From: Bradyrhizobium sp.
Lineage (GTDB): Bacteria; Pseudomonadota; Alphaproteobacteria; Rhizobiales; Xanthobacteraceae
Assembly: GCA_035644295.1 (NCBI GenBank)
Contig: DASQOU010000328.1
Coordinates: 5,300-69,299 of the forward strand
DNA length: 64,000 nucleotides
Reading direction: 5' to 3'
Numbering within the stretch: the stretch's first letter is position 1; each line of letters starts with the position of its first letter. The translations under genes and the position numbers were made by a program. Below the pieces are notes generated by a model that was given only the letters and a program-made list of their open reading frames with translations, did not search any database and was not told where the DNA came from. This document shows positions 48,401 through 57,006 of the stretch, piece after piece.

Positions 48401-49105
48401 TCACAACGCCAGATGCGCGTCGCGAATGTCCGGACGCGCATCAAGCTCGCTCATGGTACCGGAAAAGCAGATGCGGCCGCGCTCGATGATGTAGGCGCGG
48501 TCCGATATCAGCCTTGCGAAATGCAGGTTCTGCTCGGAGAGCAGAATGCTGACGCCCTCCTTCTTCATGGTCAGGATGGCGTCGACCATCTGCTCCACGA
48601 TCTTTGGCGACAACCCTTCCGACGGTTCGTCGAGCAGGACCAGCGAGGGATTGCCCATCAGGGTCCGCGCGATCGTCAGCATTTGTTGCTCTCCGCCGCT
48701 CATGCGCCCGCCCAATCGGCCGCGCATCTCGGCAAGGTTCGGAAACAGCGCGAACAGCCTCTCCCTGGTCCAGCGCGGCGCGTTCGGCCGCGCCGGCTGG
48801 CGGCCGACTTCCAGATTTTCCTCCACCGTGAGGTCCGTGAAGATGCGCCGCTCCTCCGGCACATAACCTAGCCCGCCGCGCACGATCGCATGGGTCGGCT
48901 GATCGGAGACATCGTTGCCCTCGAACAGGATACGACCGGTGCGCTGCGCGACCAGGCCGACGATGGAGCGGAAGGTTGTGGACTTTCCGGCGCCATTGCG
49001 GCCGAGCAGCGCGACCACCTCGCCCTCGCCGACCTCGAGCGCGATGTCGAACAGGATGTGCGCGGGGCCGTAGTGGCTGTTGAGATCATGGACGGAAAGC
49101 TTCAC
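48401..49105 (-). CDS. LivF-type ATPase
   Basis: GRNGAGKST, MSGGEQQML. Confidence 0.94.
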   Translation of the reverse strand: MKLSVHDLNSHYGPAHILFDIALEVGEGEVVALLGRNGAGKSTTFRSIVGLVAQRTGRILFEGNDVSDQPTHAIVRGGLGYVPEERRIFTDLTVEENLEVGRQPARPNAPRWTRERLFALFPNLAEMRGRLGGRMSGGEQQMLTIARTLMGNPSLVLLDEPSEGLSPKIVEQMVDAILTMKKEGVSILLSEQNLHFARLISDRAYIIERGRICFSGTMSELDARPDIRDAHLAL

Positions 49106-49893
49106 GACGGCGCTCCCTCGCGATGACGCGCATCGTAGACGAGGCCCTCGCCGAGATAGATGGCGCGGACCTGCGGATTGCGCCGGACTTCTTCCGGCGA
49201 GCCCTCGGCGATCAAGGTACCGCGATTAAGCACCAGAATGCGGTTGGCGTGTTCGAACACCACGTCCATGTCGTGCTCGGTGAAGAGAACGCCGATGCCC
49301 TGCTCGCGGGCAATTGTAGCCGTGAGCCGCATCAGTTCGATGCGTTCGCGCGGCGCCATGCCGGCGGTCGGCTCATCCATCAGCAGCAGTTTTGGTTGAT
49401 TGGCAAGCGCGATGGCAAGCTCCAGCCGCTTGAGATCGCCATAGGCGAGTTCGCCGCAAGGGCGCTCCGCATAGCCGCTCATGCCAACCAGTTCGAGCAG
49501 GCGGCCGGCTTCCCCGCGCGCGTATCGCGGCGTCGAGGCCCAGAGATCGAACAATTTTCGACCAAACGAGACCAGCGCGACCTGGACGTTCTCGCGCACC
49601 GTCATAGTCGGGAATGTCGCCGTGATCTGGAACGTGCGGCCGATGCCGAGCCGCCAGATCTCCCGCGGTCTTTTTCCCGCGGTATCCTGGCCGAGCAGAT
49701 TGATCCGGCCGGAATCGGGAGTGGTCTGGCCGTTGAGCATGTCGAAACAGGTGCTTTTTCCCGCGCCGTTGGGACCGATCAGCGCCAGGATTTCACCGGC
49801 GTTGAGCGCAAACGACACGCGGCGCACGGCGTGAACGCCGCCATAGGACTTGCTCAGGCCTTCGACCAACAACAATGTTTGGACGACGCTCAT
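49102..49893 (-). CDS. LivG-type ATPase
   Basis: GPNGAGKS, GRTFQ, DEPTAG. Confidence 0.94.
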   Translation of the reverse strand: MSVVQTLLLVEGLSKSYGGVHAVRRVSFALNAGEILALIGPNGAGKSTCFDMLNGQTTPDSGRINLLGQDTAGKRPREIWRLGIGRTFQITATFPTMTVRENVQVALVSFGRKLFDLWASTPRYARGEAGRLLELVGMSGYAERPCGELAYGDLKRLELAIALANQPKLLLMDEPTAGMAPRERIELMRLTATIAREQGIGVLFTEHDMDVVFEHANRILVLNRGTLIAEGSPEEVRRNPQVRAIYLGEGLVYDARHREGAPS

Positions 49894-51776
49894 TCGGCGG
49901 TCTCGATTCCTGACGCGAGCAACGCGGGCTTGCGCGACGCCGAACGGCGGCGATGCCGGATCGTTTCCAGCATCCCGACAATTCCCTTCGGAAACGCCAC
50001 CACGATCAAGACAATGACGCCGCCAAGCACAAGCTTGGACAAATCGGTCTGGCTGACCAGCCAGATGCTGAGGGCCTTGTAGACGATGGCGCCCAGAATC
50101 GCGCCGGAGACGGTTTCGACGCCACCCAGGAGCACCATGACCAGCGCATCGACTGAGAGCGAAATGCCAAGGCTATCGGGAAAGACGCTGCCCTTCAGAT
50201 ACGCAAACAACGCGCCGGCGACGCTGGCGACCGTGCCCGCGATCACAAAAGCGGTCCACTGCACGCGCTTGCCGTCGATACCGATCGCCTCGCCGCGCAA
50301 CGGCGAGTCGCGCGTTGCCCGCAGCGCGAAGCCAAACGGCGAGAACACCATGATCCGAAGGGAAGCGACCGCGAGCGCGGCCACGCCGAGCGAAAGCCAG
50401 TAAAAATGTGCCGGGCTCGCCGCCCAGCTTTCGGGCCAGACGCCGAGGATGCCGTTGTCACCACCGGTCACCGCGACCCACTGGAACGCAATCGACCAGA
50501 CGATCTGTGCGAACGCCAGCGTCAGCATCGCGAAATACACGCCGGACAATTGAACGGCGAAGAACCCGAACACGGCTGCGCCGGCCAGGCCGAGCAGCGG
50601 GCCGAGTAAAAGTGATAAGATCATCGGCAGGCCGGCGAGCTTGGCGAGGAATGCGACGCCATAGCTGCCGAGCCCGAAATACGCCGCGTGGCCGAACGAG
50701 GCGAGCCCGCCGACCGACATCAGGAAATGCAGGCTGGCGGCGAAGATCACGAAGATCGCAATCTCCGAGCCGACGGTGAGCGCGTAATTGCCGCCGATCA
50801 GCGGCAGCGCTGCGGCCAGCACCAGCACCGCGGCTGCGGCGATGCGTTCGTTCGACGTCAGCGGCCGCCACGGGTTGACGGTCAGCCCCGGCGTACGGCG
50901 CGCGGCTGCCTCCTGCTTTCCGAACAGGCCCCAGGGCCGCACGATCAGCACCGCCGCCATCACCAGAAACACCAGGATGATGGATATTTTTGGAAAGATC
51001 AGGATGCCGAACGCGTTCAACTCCGAAACCAGCACCGCCGCCACGAAGGCGCCGATGATGCTGCCGAGGCCGCCGATCACCACGACGACGAAGACATCGA
51101 CAATGATGCGCAGGTCGAGAGCGTGATGCACAGCATCACGCGGAAGCTGCAGCGCGCCGCCGAGCGCCGCGAGAAACACCCCGACCGCGAACACGCTGGT
51201 GAACAGCCATTTCTGATTGACGCCAAGGGCCGCCACCATGTCGCGGTCCTGCGTCGCGGCACGGACCAGAACGCCCCAGCGCGTTCGCTGGAACAACAAC
51301 CACAATATTCCGAGCACCAGCGGACCAAGCACGATCAGAAACAGGTCGTAGGAGGGAATATTCTGGCCGAAGAAATCAACCGCGCCCTTGAAGCCCGGGG
51401 CACGGCGGCCCAGAAGATCGCTTGGTCCCCAGATCAGGACCACCAGATCCTCGACCATCAGAGTGAGGCCGAAGGTTGCGAGCAGCTGGAACAGTTCCGG
51501 CGCATGATAGATTCGCCGCAGCAACACCATCTCAACCAGCACACCGATCACCGCGACGATCAGCGCCGCCACGACAATGCCGCCCCAAAATCCGATTGCC
51601 CCCGAAAACCGCTCGGTCAGCGTGAACGCCACATAAGCGCCGAGCATATAGAATGCGCCATGGGCGAAATTGACGATCCGCGTCACGCCAAAAATGATCG
51701 ACAGCCCCGACGCCACCAGAAACAGCGAAGCGGCGCTGGCAAGTCCGGTCAGGAACTGGACGAAGTAGAAGGCCAT
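49890..51776 (-). CDS. Fused LivH-LivM permease
   Basis: VNFAHG and SFGHAAYFG motifs in one 628-aa ORF. Confidence 0.92.
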   Translation of the reverse strand: MAFYFVQFLTGLASAASLFLVASGLSIIFGVTRIVNFAHGAFYMLGAYVAFTLTERFSGAIGFWGGIVVAALIVAVIGVLVEMVLLRRIYHAPELFQLLATFGLTLMVEDLVVLIWGPSDLLGRRAPGFKGAVDFFGQNIPSYDLFLIVLGPLVLGILWLLFQRTRWGVLVRAATQDRDMVAALGVNQKWLFTSVFAVGVFLAALGGALQLPRDAVHHALDLRIIVDVFVVVVIGGLGSIIGAFVAAVLVSELNAFGILIFPKISIILVFLVMAAVLIVRPWGLFGKQEAAARRTPGLTVNPWRPLTSNERIAAAAVLVLAAALPLIGGNYALTVGSEIAIFVIFAASLHFLMSVGGLASFGHAAYFGLGSYGVAFLAKLAGLPMILSLLLGPLLGLAGAAVFGFFAVQLSGVYFAMLTLAFAQIVWSIAFQWVAVTGGDNGILGVWPESWAASPAHFYWLSLGVAALAVASLRIMVFSPFGFALRATRDSPLRGEAIGIDGKRVQWTAFVIAGTVASVAGALFAYLKGSVFPDSLGISLSVDALVMVLLGGVETVSGAILGAIVYKALSIWLVSQTDLSKLVLGGVIVLIVVAFPKGIVGMLETIRHRRRSASRKPALLASGIETAE

Positions 51777-51815
51777 GTGTGGTCCGCGGTAGAGGCGTGA
51801 TCCGTCCATTTTTTA

Positions 51816-51949
51816 CCTCGCCCCGCTTGCGGGGAGAGGTCGAAATTCGCGGTCGCGAATTTCGGGTGAGGGGGACTCACCGCGCATTCGGTATTCGCGG
51901 AGGCAGCCCCTCACCCCAACCCTCTCCCCGTGAAGAACGGGGAGAGGGA
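51816..51949. repeat. REP-like double-hairpin element
   Basis: CCTCGCCCCGCTTGCGGGGAGAGG...GGGTGAGGGG...CCCCTCACCCCAACCCTCTCCCCG..CGGGGAGAGGG. Confidence 0.8.
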
Positions 51950-51954
51950 GAACC

Positions 51955-53175
51955 TCACTCCTTCGGGCGCATTTTGGCGACTTCGGCATCATCAGGAAGA
52001 TAGTCGGAACCCTTGCGATAGACCGATTCGACCATCACGCCCTTGCCATCCTTCAGCGCGGTCTTGCCGACGAACGCACCGAACGTCGACTGATGATCGA
52101 TCTTGCGGAAGACGATCTCGCCGAACGGTGACGGCACCGACAATCCCTCGGCCGCCGCAATCAGTTTCTCCGGATCGGTCGAGTTGGCTTTGGCGAGGAT
52201 CGCGGCCGCCGACTTGATGGTTTGATAGCCGACGACCGAACCGAGCCTCGGATAGTCGTTGTACTTGGCCTGATACGCCTTCAGGAAAGCATCATGCTCC
52301 GCCGTCTTGATGCTGTACCAGGGATAGCCGGTGACGATCCACCCCTCCGGCGTTTCATCCTTCAGCGGATCGAGATATTCCGGCTCGCCGGTCAAAAAAC
52401 TCACGACCGAACGATCCTTGAAAAGGCCGCGGGTGTTGCCTTCGCGCACGAGTTTTACGAGATCGGCGCCGAAGGTGACGTTGAGGATCGCTTCGGGATT
52501 TGCGGCGGCAACAGCCTGCACCACGGGACCCGCGTCGATCTTGCCTTGCGGCGGCCACTGCTCCTCGACCCACTGGATATCGGGGCGTTTCTCAGACATC
52601 AGTTTCTTGAACACCGCCACCGCGGACTGGCCGTATTCGTAATTCGGTGCAATCGTCGCCCAGCGCTTGGCGGGCAGTTTTGCTGCCGCCTCCACCAGCA
52701 TGGCCGCCTGCATGTAGTTGGAAGGACGCAAGCGGAAGGTGTAGCGATTGCCCTTGGCCCAGGTGATGGCGTCGGTCAAAGGTTCGGCGGCCAGGAAAAA
52801 CACCTTCTTCTGGTTGGCGAAGTCGCTGACGGCCAGACCGATGTTCGACAGGAACGTTCCCGCAAGCATCGCGACGTTTTCGCTCGAAACCAATTCGTTG
52901 GCGGCGGTCTGTGCATCCGCCGGCTTGCCGCCGTCATCCTTGGAAACGATAACGAGCTTCTTGCCGTTGATGCCGCCGGCAGCGTTGATCTGTTCGACGG
53001 CGAGCTGCCAGCCCTTGCGATAGGGCTCGGTGAACGCGGGCAGCAGCGAATAGCTGTTGATTTCGCCGATCTTGATCTCGCCGGTCTTTGTTTCACTCTC
53101 TGCCATGGCAGTCTGCGCCAGGCCACTGAACGTGATGGCCAGTGCCGCCCCCAACAGACGTTTGCTTTGTTGCAT
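51955..53175 (-). CDS. ABC substrate-binding protein (probable nicotinate-related importer)
   Basis: Signal peptide; KIGEINSY; INAAGGING; nic context. Confidence 0.9.
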   Translation of the reverse strand: MQQSKRLLGAALAITFSGLAQTAMAESETKTGEIKIGEINSYSLLPAFTEPYRKGWQLAVEQINAAGGINGKKLVIVSKDDGGKPADAQTAANELVSSENVAMLAGTFLSNIGLAVSDFANQKKVFFLAAEPLTDAITWAKGNRYTFRLRPSNYMQAAMLVEAAAKLPAKRWATIAPNYEYGQSAVAVFKKLMSEKRPDIQWVEEQWPPQGKIDAGPVVQAVAAANPEAILNVTFGADLVKLVREGNTRGLFKDRSVVSFLTGEPEYLDPLKDETPEGWIVTGYPWYSIKTAEHDAFLKAYQAKYNDYPRLGSVVGYQTIKSAAAILAKANSTDPEKLIAAAEGLSVPSPFGEIVFRKIDHQSTFGAFVGKTALKDGKGVMVESVYRKGSDYLPDDAEVAKMRPKE

Positions 53176-53205
53176 CCGAAAACCTCCAATGTTGAAAAAC
53201 CCTGG

Positions 53206-53790
53206 CTATCGCAGACCGTCTTCGCCCTTAATTTCGGAAAGTTTCAAACCGCCGACCCGCGGCAGCGGCCTGCCGCTGTCGGTGACGGCGACCGCGACCA
53301 TGATTTCGTTGGCGCGCGGGGCGTCGTTGATCTGCACTTCCATGCCGTCGAAATGACTTCGCACGAACGCCGCGTCCTTGTGGCCGAGCGGAATATCCAG
53401 CGTCGTGCCCGGCCCGCTACGCTTCTTCGACGAGGGGATCAGCGCCGCACCCTTGCCCAACACCTGGCGCACCGGCGCGCCCATCTTCGGATGCAGGATG
53501 GCGGCGGCGTGTTCGAGCTCGCCGTTTTCGCCGACCGCTGCGGCCTTGCCGTAACTGTGCGCCTTCGAGCCTTCGATTCCGAGCGCCGCCACCGCCCGTT
53601 TGGCGAGCAATTCGCCCAGTTCCTCGCCGATCGTAATCAGCGGCGTCAGGTCTTCCACATATCGGCCGGCGAACGGGTTTTCGATGACGGCAATGGCCGC
53701 CGCTCGCCGGGTCGGCGGATTGACCCGCTGACCCATCTCCATCGATGTCTCTTCGACGACGGTAACGATCTTGCGAATGACCGCGCTCAT
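53206..53790 (-). CDS. DUF1185 'amino acid synthesis' family protein
   Basis: AVIENPFAGRY, YGKAA.VG.NGELEH, RSHFD, DAPRANE. Confidence 0.9.
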   Translation of the reverse strand: MSAVIRKIVTVVEETSMEMGQRVNPPTRRAAAIAVIENPFAGRYVEDLTPLITIGEELGELLAKRAVAALGIEGSKAHSYGKAAAVGENGELEHAAAILHPKMGAPVRQVLGKGAALIPSSKKRSGPGTTLDIPLGHKDAAFVRSHFDGMEVQINDAPRANEIMVAVAVTDSGRPLPRVGGLKLSEIKGEDGLR

Positions 53791-53832
53791 GGCTGCCCGC
53801 CCTGTTCTCGAATGACGCTCGACAAATTCACC

Positions 53833-54741
53833 TTATGCACAGATCGCACTTTCGATTTGTTGCGGGACCGCCGCATGACGCCCACTCGCACCGAACCCCT
53901 TCAGGGCGACGACGCGCGTTTCGCCTTGCAAATGCAGCGCCGCGCCGTCGATCAATCCCCAGGTGAGCAGCGCGCGGGCCTTGTCTGATCCGGCTTCCAG
54001 GGCCGCGACGATCTCGAAACCCTCCAAGTGCCCGACGTCCCGCGTCACCAGTCGCGCGCCGAGATCGCTGTCGGGCTGCAGCTCTTCGGCCGGACAGCGG
54101 ACAATAGCGGGATGCCCGGGCAAATCCACCGCATTGGCAATGATGGTGGCGGCAGCATCGGCCTGCGAAGCTGTCCGCGCCAGCACGGTCACCGCATCGG
54201 CAATGCCGAGCGAGAAGCTGCGCCCATGACGTCCGCTGGTCGCAATGCCTCGGCTCGGATCGCTGGCGCCGATGATCATCGTTCGCAGCAGACCGAATTG
54301 ATCCGGCCGATCGATCAGGCCTACGCTGAACTGCTCTCCGCCGCCAAGATGCAGCGCGATGTCGCCGCCATTGTTGACATAAGCGCGATCGAGCGAGGCC
54401 TCCCCCACCATCGCGCCCAGAATTTCCTCCGCCACGCTGCCGGCGACTGCGGCCATCGGGGTGATGAAATGATCGGCGGCGAATGGCGCTACCGCGGTAT
54501 GCATGCGGCGCGCGACCGGGCCTTGCAGCAAGCACTGCGCCGGATCGGCCGCCTCGCGCAACGCCGGCAGCTCGTCACAGAGTTCGTCGAGCAGGCCGGT
54601 GAACCGGCGAACCGCGGCGTGATAGGCCCCGCGCAAATTCGCCTCGCTGCCGTGCGCCTCCACGATCAGGTCGATCGGGCCATCCTGCAGATGAAGTCGC
54701 CTGCCGTCCGAAAGCCATCCGATCTGCGGCTGCCTCTTCAT
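53833..54741 (-). CDS. UPF0280 (ApbE-like) protein
   Basis: GPIDL, TPMAAVAGSVA, NNGGDIA, ATSG..GRSFSLGIAD. Confidence 0.9.
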   Translation of the reverse strand: MKRQPQIGWLSDGRRLHLQDGPIDLIVEAHGSEANLRGAYHAAVRRFTGLLDELCDELPALREAADPAQCLLQGPVARRMHTAVAPFAADHFITPMAAVAGSVAEEILGAMVGEASLDRAYVNNGGDIALHLGGGEQFSVGLIDRPDQFGLLRTMIIGASDPSRGIATSGRHGRSFSLGIADAVTVLARTASQADAAATIIANAVDLPGHPAIVRCPAEELQPDSDLGARLVTRDVGHLEGFEIVAALEAGSDKARALLTWGLIDGAALHLQGETRVVALKGFGASGRHAAVPQQIESAICA

Positions 54742-56189
54742 AGGCGCGATCCCGATGGAGGCGGCGCCATTTGGCGGGTTTCAGGGTTAGCCTTCAACGA
54801 CGCCAGCGGACGAACATGATCCATATGGCCGCCCAATGCGGCATAGTCCGATAGCCGCAGCGTGAACTCGATTGGCGCGACCAGCGCGGGCGTCGGGACG
54901 TAGCCGAAGGCACCGGCCGGCAACCGCGTGACGTCGACCATGAAGGTGATGCCGCCGCCGGGCCAGACATAGACCGGCGCGCCGCCGCTGGTGACGCGCG
55001 TCAGCGCGTCCTTTACCGAGCGCGTCAGGCGCACCGGGTTATCGGTGACGCCGGCCCGCAACGAACCGCCCGCCCCTCCCATGAACAGCACGGTGCAAAG
55101 CGCGGGCTCGCAATTCTCCTGGATCCGCTCGACCGACAATTTGAGATCGGCCGGCAGGGTCTTCTCGATTGGCTTGAGCGCCGCGTCGAGTTCATAATAG
55201 GCGGCGTGTTCGCCGGTCGTAGACACCATCAGCATGGTCATGCCGGGACGAGCGACCTTCGGGTCGAATGGGCCCAGCACCGTCAGCGGATCGGAAATTT
55301 TCGTACCGCCCCAGCCGGTACCGGGCTCGGCGACCTGGAAATAGCGGCCGGGCGTCGAGCGCCGTCCCTTCATCTTGATCCCGGTATCGGCAACGTCGAG
55401 CAATTTGCCGGCCTGGTGTTCGCTGAGCACGCCGGTGATGTGGTCATCGACGACAACGACTTCATCGACCTTGCCGTGCCATTGCTTGGCGAACATGCCG
55501 ATGGTGGCCGAACCGCACCCAACCCGCATCCGCTCCTCGGCGACGCCGTTGACGATCGGCGGATAGCCGGCCTGCACGACCACGCTGGCGCCGCCGTCGA
55601 TCACAAGCTCGACCGGCTTGCAATTGCTCAAATCCATCAGCGCGTCGCAGGTGACGCGGCCTTCTTTCTTCGAACCGCCGGTGAGGTGATGAACGCCGCC
55701 CAGTGAGAGCATCTGCGAGCCGTACTCGCTGGTGGTGACGTGACCGACGGCCTCGCCCTGCACCCGGACCGTCGCCGTCTCCGGGCCGAGATATCGATCG
55801 GTGTCGATCTTCACCTTGACGCCGCAATAACTGAAGATGCCCTCGGTCACCACGGTCACCATATCGACGCCGTCGATCTGCGAGGACACAATGAAGGGTG
55901 CGGGCTTGTAATCTGGATAGGTGGTGCCGGCGCCAATCGCGGTGACGAAAACGTCCGGCTCGTGGACAATCTTGCCGTCCCAGTCGCCGCCGGCCTGGAA
56001 CGGCACCAGCCGTCCGCCGTGAGACTTGGTTCGCTCCAGCACGATATGGGGATCGACGCGCACCAACTGGCCGTCGTGATTGGCATAACGGTCGCACGCG
56101 CCTGCCGCGCCCGGCTTGATGTAGCACATCACCGGGCACGCATCGCAACGGATCTTGTCGGTGGCAGAAGTGGTCGCATCAGTCTGCAT
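54738..56189 (-). CDS. hnr: 6-hydroxynicotinate reductase
   Basis: CDACPVMC..GACDRY, GAGTTYPDYKPAP, MRVGCGSA, VDDHITG, PGGGIT. Confidence 0.85.
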   Translation of the reverse strand: MQTDATTSATDKIRCDACPVMCYIKPGAAGACDRYANHDGQLVRVDPHIVLERTKSHGGRLVPFQAGGDWDGKIVHEPDVFVTAIGAGTTYPDYKPAPFIVSSQIDGVDMVTVVTEGIFSYCGVKVKIDTDRYLGPETATVRVQGEAVGHVTTSEYGSQMLSLGGVHHLTGGSKKEGRVTCDALMDLSNCKPVELVIDGGASVVVQAGYPPIVNGVAEERMRVGCGSATIGMFAKQWHGKVDEVVVVDDHITGVLSEHQAGKLLDVADTGIKMKGRRSTPGRYFQVAEPGTGWGGTKISDPLTVLGPFDPKVARPGMTMLMVSTTGEHAAYYELDAALKPIEKTLPADLKLSVERIQENCEPALCTVLFMGGAGGSLRAGVTDNPVRLTRSVKDALTRVTSGGAPVYVWPGGGITFMVDVTRLPAGAFGYVPTPALVAPIEFTLRLSDYAALGGHMDHVRPLASLKANPETRQMAPPPSGSRL

Positions 56190-56293
56190 GAACAAGCTCG
56201 TCAAGCCAGCGTCAAACTGTCGAACGTTGCAACGTAGCGATGCCTTGCGGCAGCGGCGCCGAGACTATCGCGTCATTCGCCGCCGGGCATTTT

Positions 56294-56307
56294 GTTCGTA
56301 TACGAAC
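56294..56307. promoter_or_regulatory. Palindrome, candidate NicR-type operator for hnr
   Basis: GTTCGTATACGAAC. Confidence 0.7.
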
Positions 56308-56444
56308 GATCTTGCGCGCGCGGCTAAAACCTGTCAAGCGCCCTTCAAGGCGAAAAGTGCCTTTGCCCGATAAAACCTCAGTTGTCCCGTATTCCTGTCC
56401 ATAAACCGGGCAACAGGTTTGGTGCTGGGAAGGGCAGGCTTGCA

Positions 56445-56460
56445 CGTTTGTATACAAACG
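56445..56460. promoter_or_regulatory. Palindrome, candidate NicR-type operator for nicAB
   Basis: CGTTTGTATACAAACG. Confidence 0.75.
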
Positions 56461-56523
56461 GTATCCTCGACCGCGTTTAAGCGATGTTTGCGAGCCGCAA
56501 TCATCTTGCCGGAACCCACGAGC

Positions 56524-57006
56524 ATGACGCAGTCCACGATCCGCCTGACTGTCAACGGCAGGGTCCATGAGGTCGGCGCCGCCCCGGATACCGCGCTGCT
56601 TTACGTGTTGCGCAACGATCTCGAATTGAACGGACCGAAATACGGCTGCGGGCTTGGCGAATGCGGCACCTGTGCGGTGTTGATCGACGGCCTCGCCGCC
56701 CGTTCCTGCGTGATCCCGATCAGCGGCTGCGTCAATCGCGAAATTCTCACGCTCGAGGGCCTCGGCTCGCGCGATGATCCCGATCCCGTGCAGGAGGCCT
56801 TCATCGGGGAACAGGCCGCGCAATGCGGCTACTGCCTCAACGGCATGATCATGACGACGAAAGCCTTGTTGATGCGCAACCCAAAACCCTCCGAGGCTGA
56901 AGCCCTTGAGGCGCTGCGCTACAATCTTTGTAGATGTGGGGCACATATCGAGATCCTCCGCGCCGTGATGCGCGCGGCGGGCCACGCCGCCGAGGCTCGT
57001 GACTGA
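56524..57006 (+). CDS. nicA: Nicotinate dehydrogenase 2Fe-2S subunit
   Basis: GPKYGCGLGECGTC, QCGYCLNG, NLCRCG. Confidence 0.88.
   Translation: MTQSTIRLTVNGRVHEVGAAPDTALLYVLRNDLELNGPKYGCGLGECGTCAVLIDGLAARSCVIPISGCVNREILTLEGLGSRDDPDPVQEAFIGEQAAQCGYCLNGMIMTTKALLMRNPKPSEAEALEALRYNLCRCGAHIEILRAVMRAAGHAAEARD

Noticed and set aside
52222-53988. 588-aa plus-strand ORF and similar long antisense ORFs (e.g. 9832-11154, 34487-35665, 50688-51800)
   Set aside because: Shadow ORFs opposite well-supported genes, as expected in high-GC DNA.
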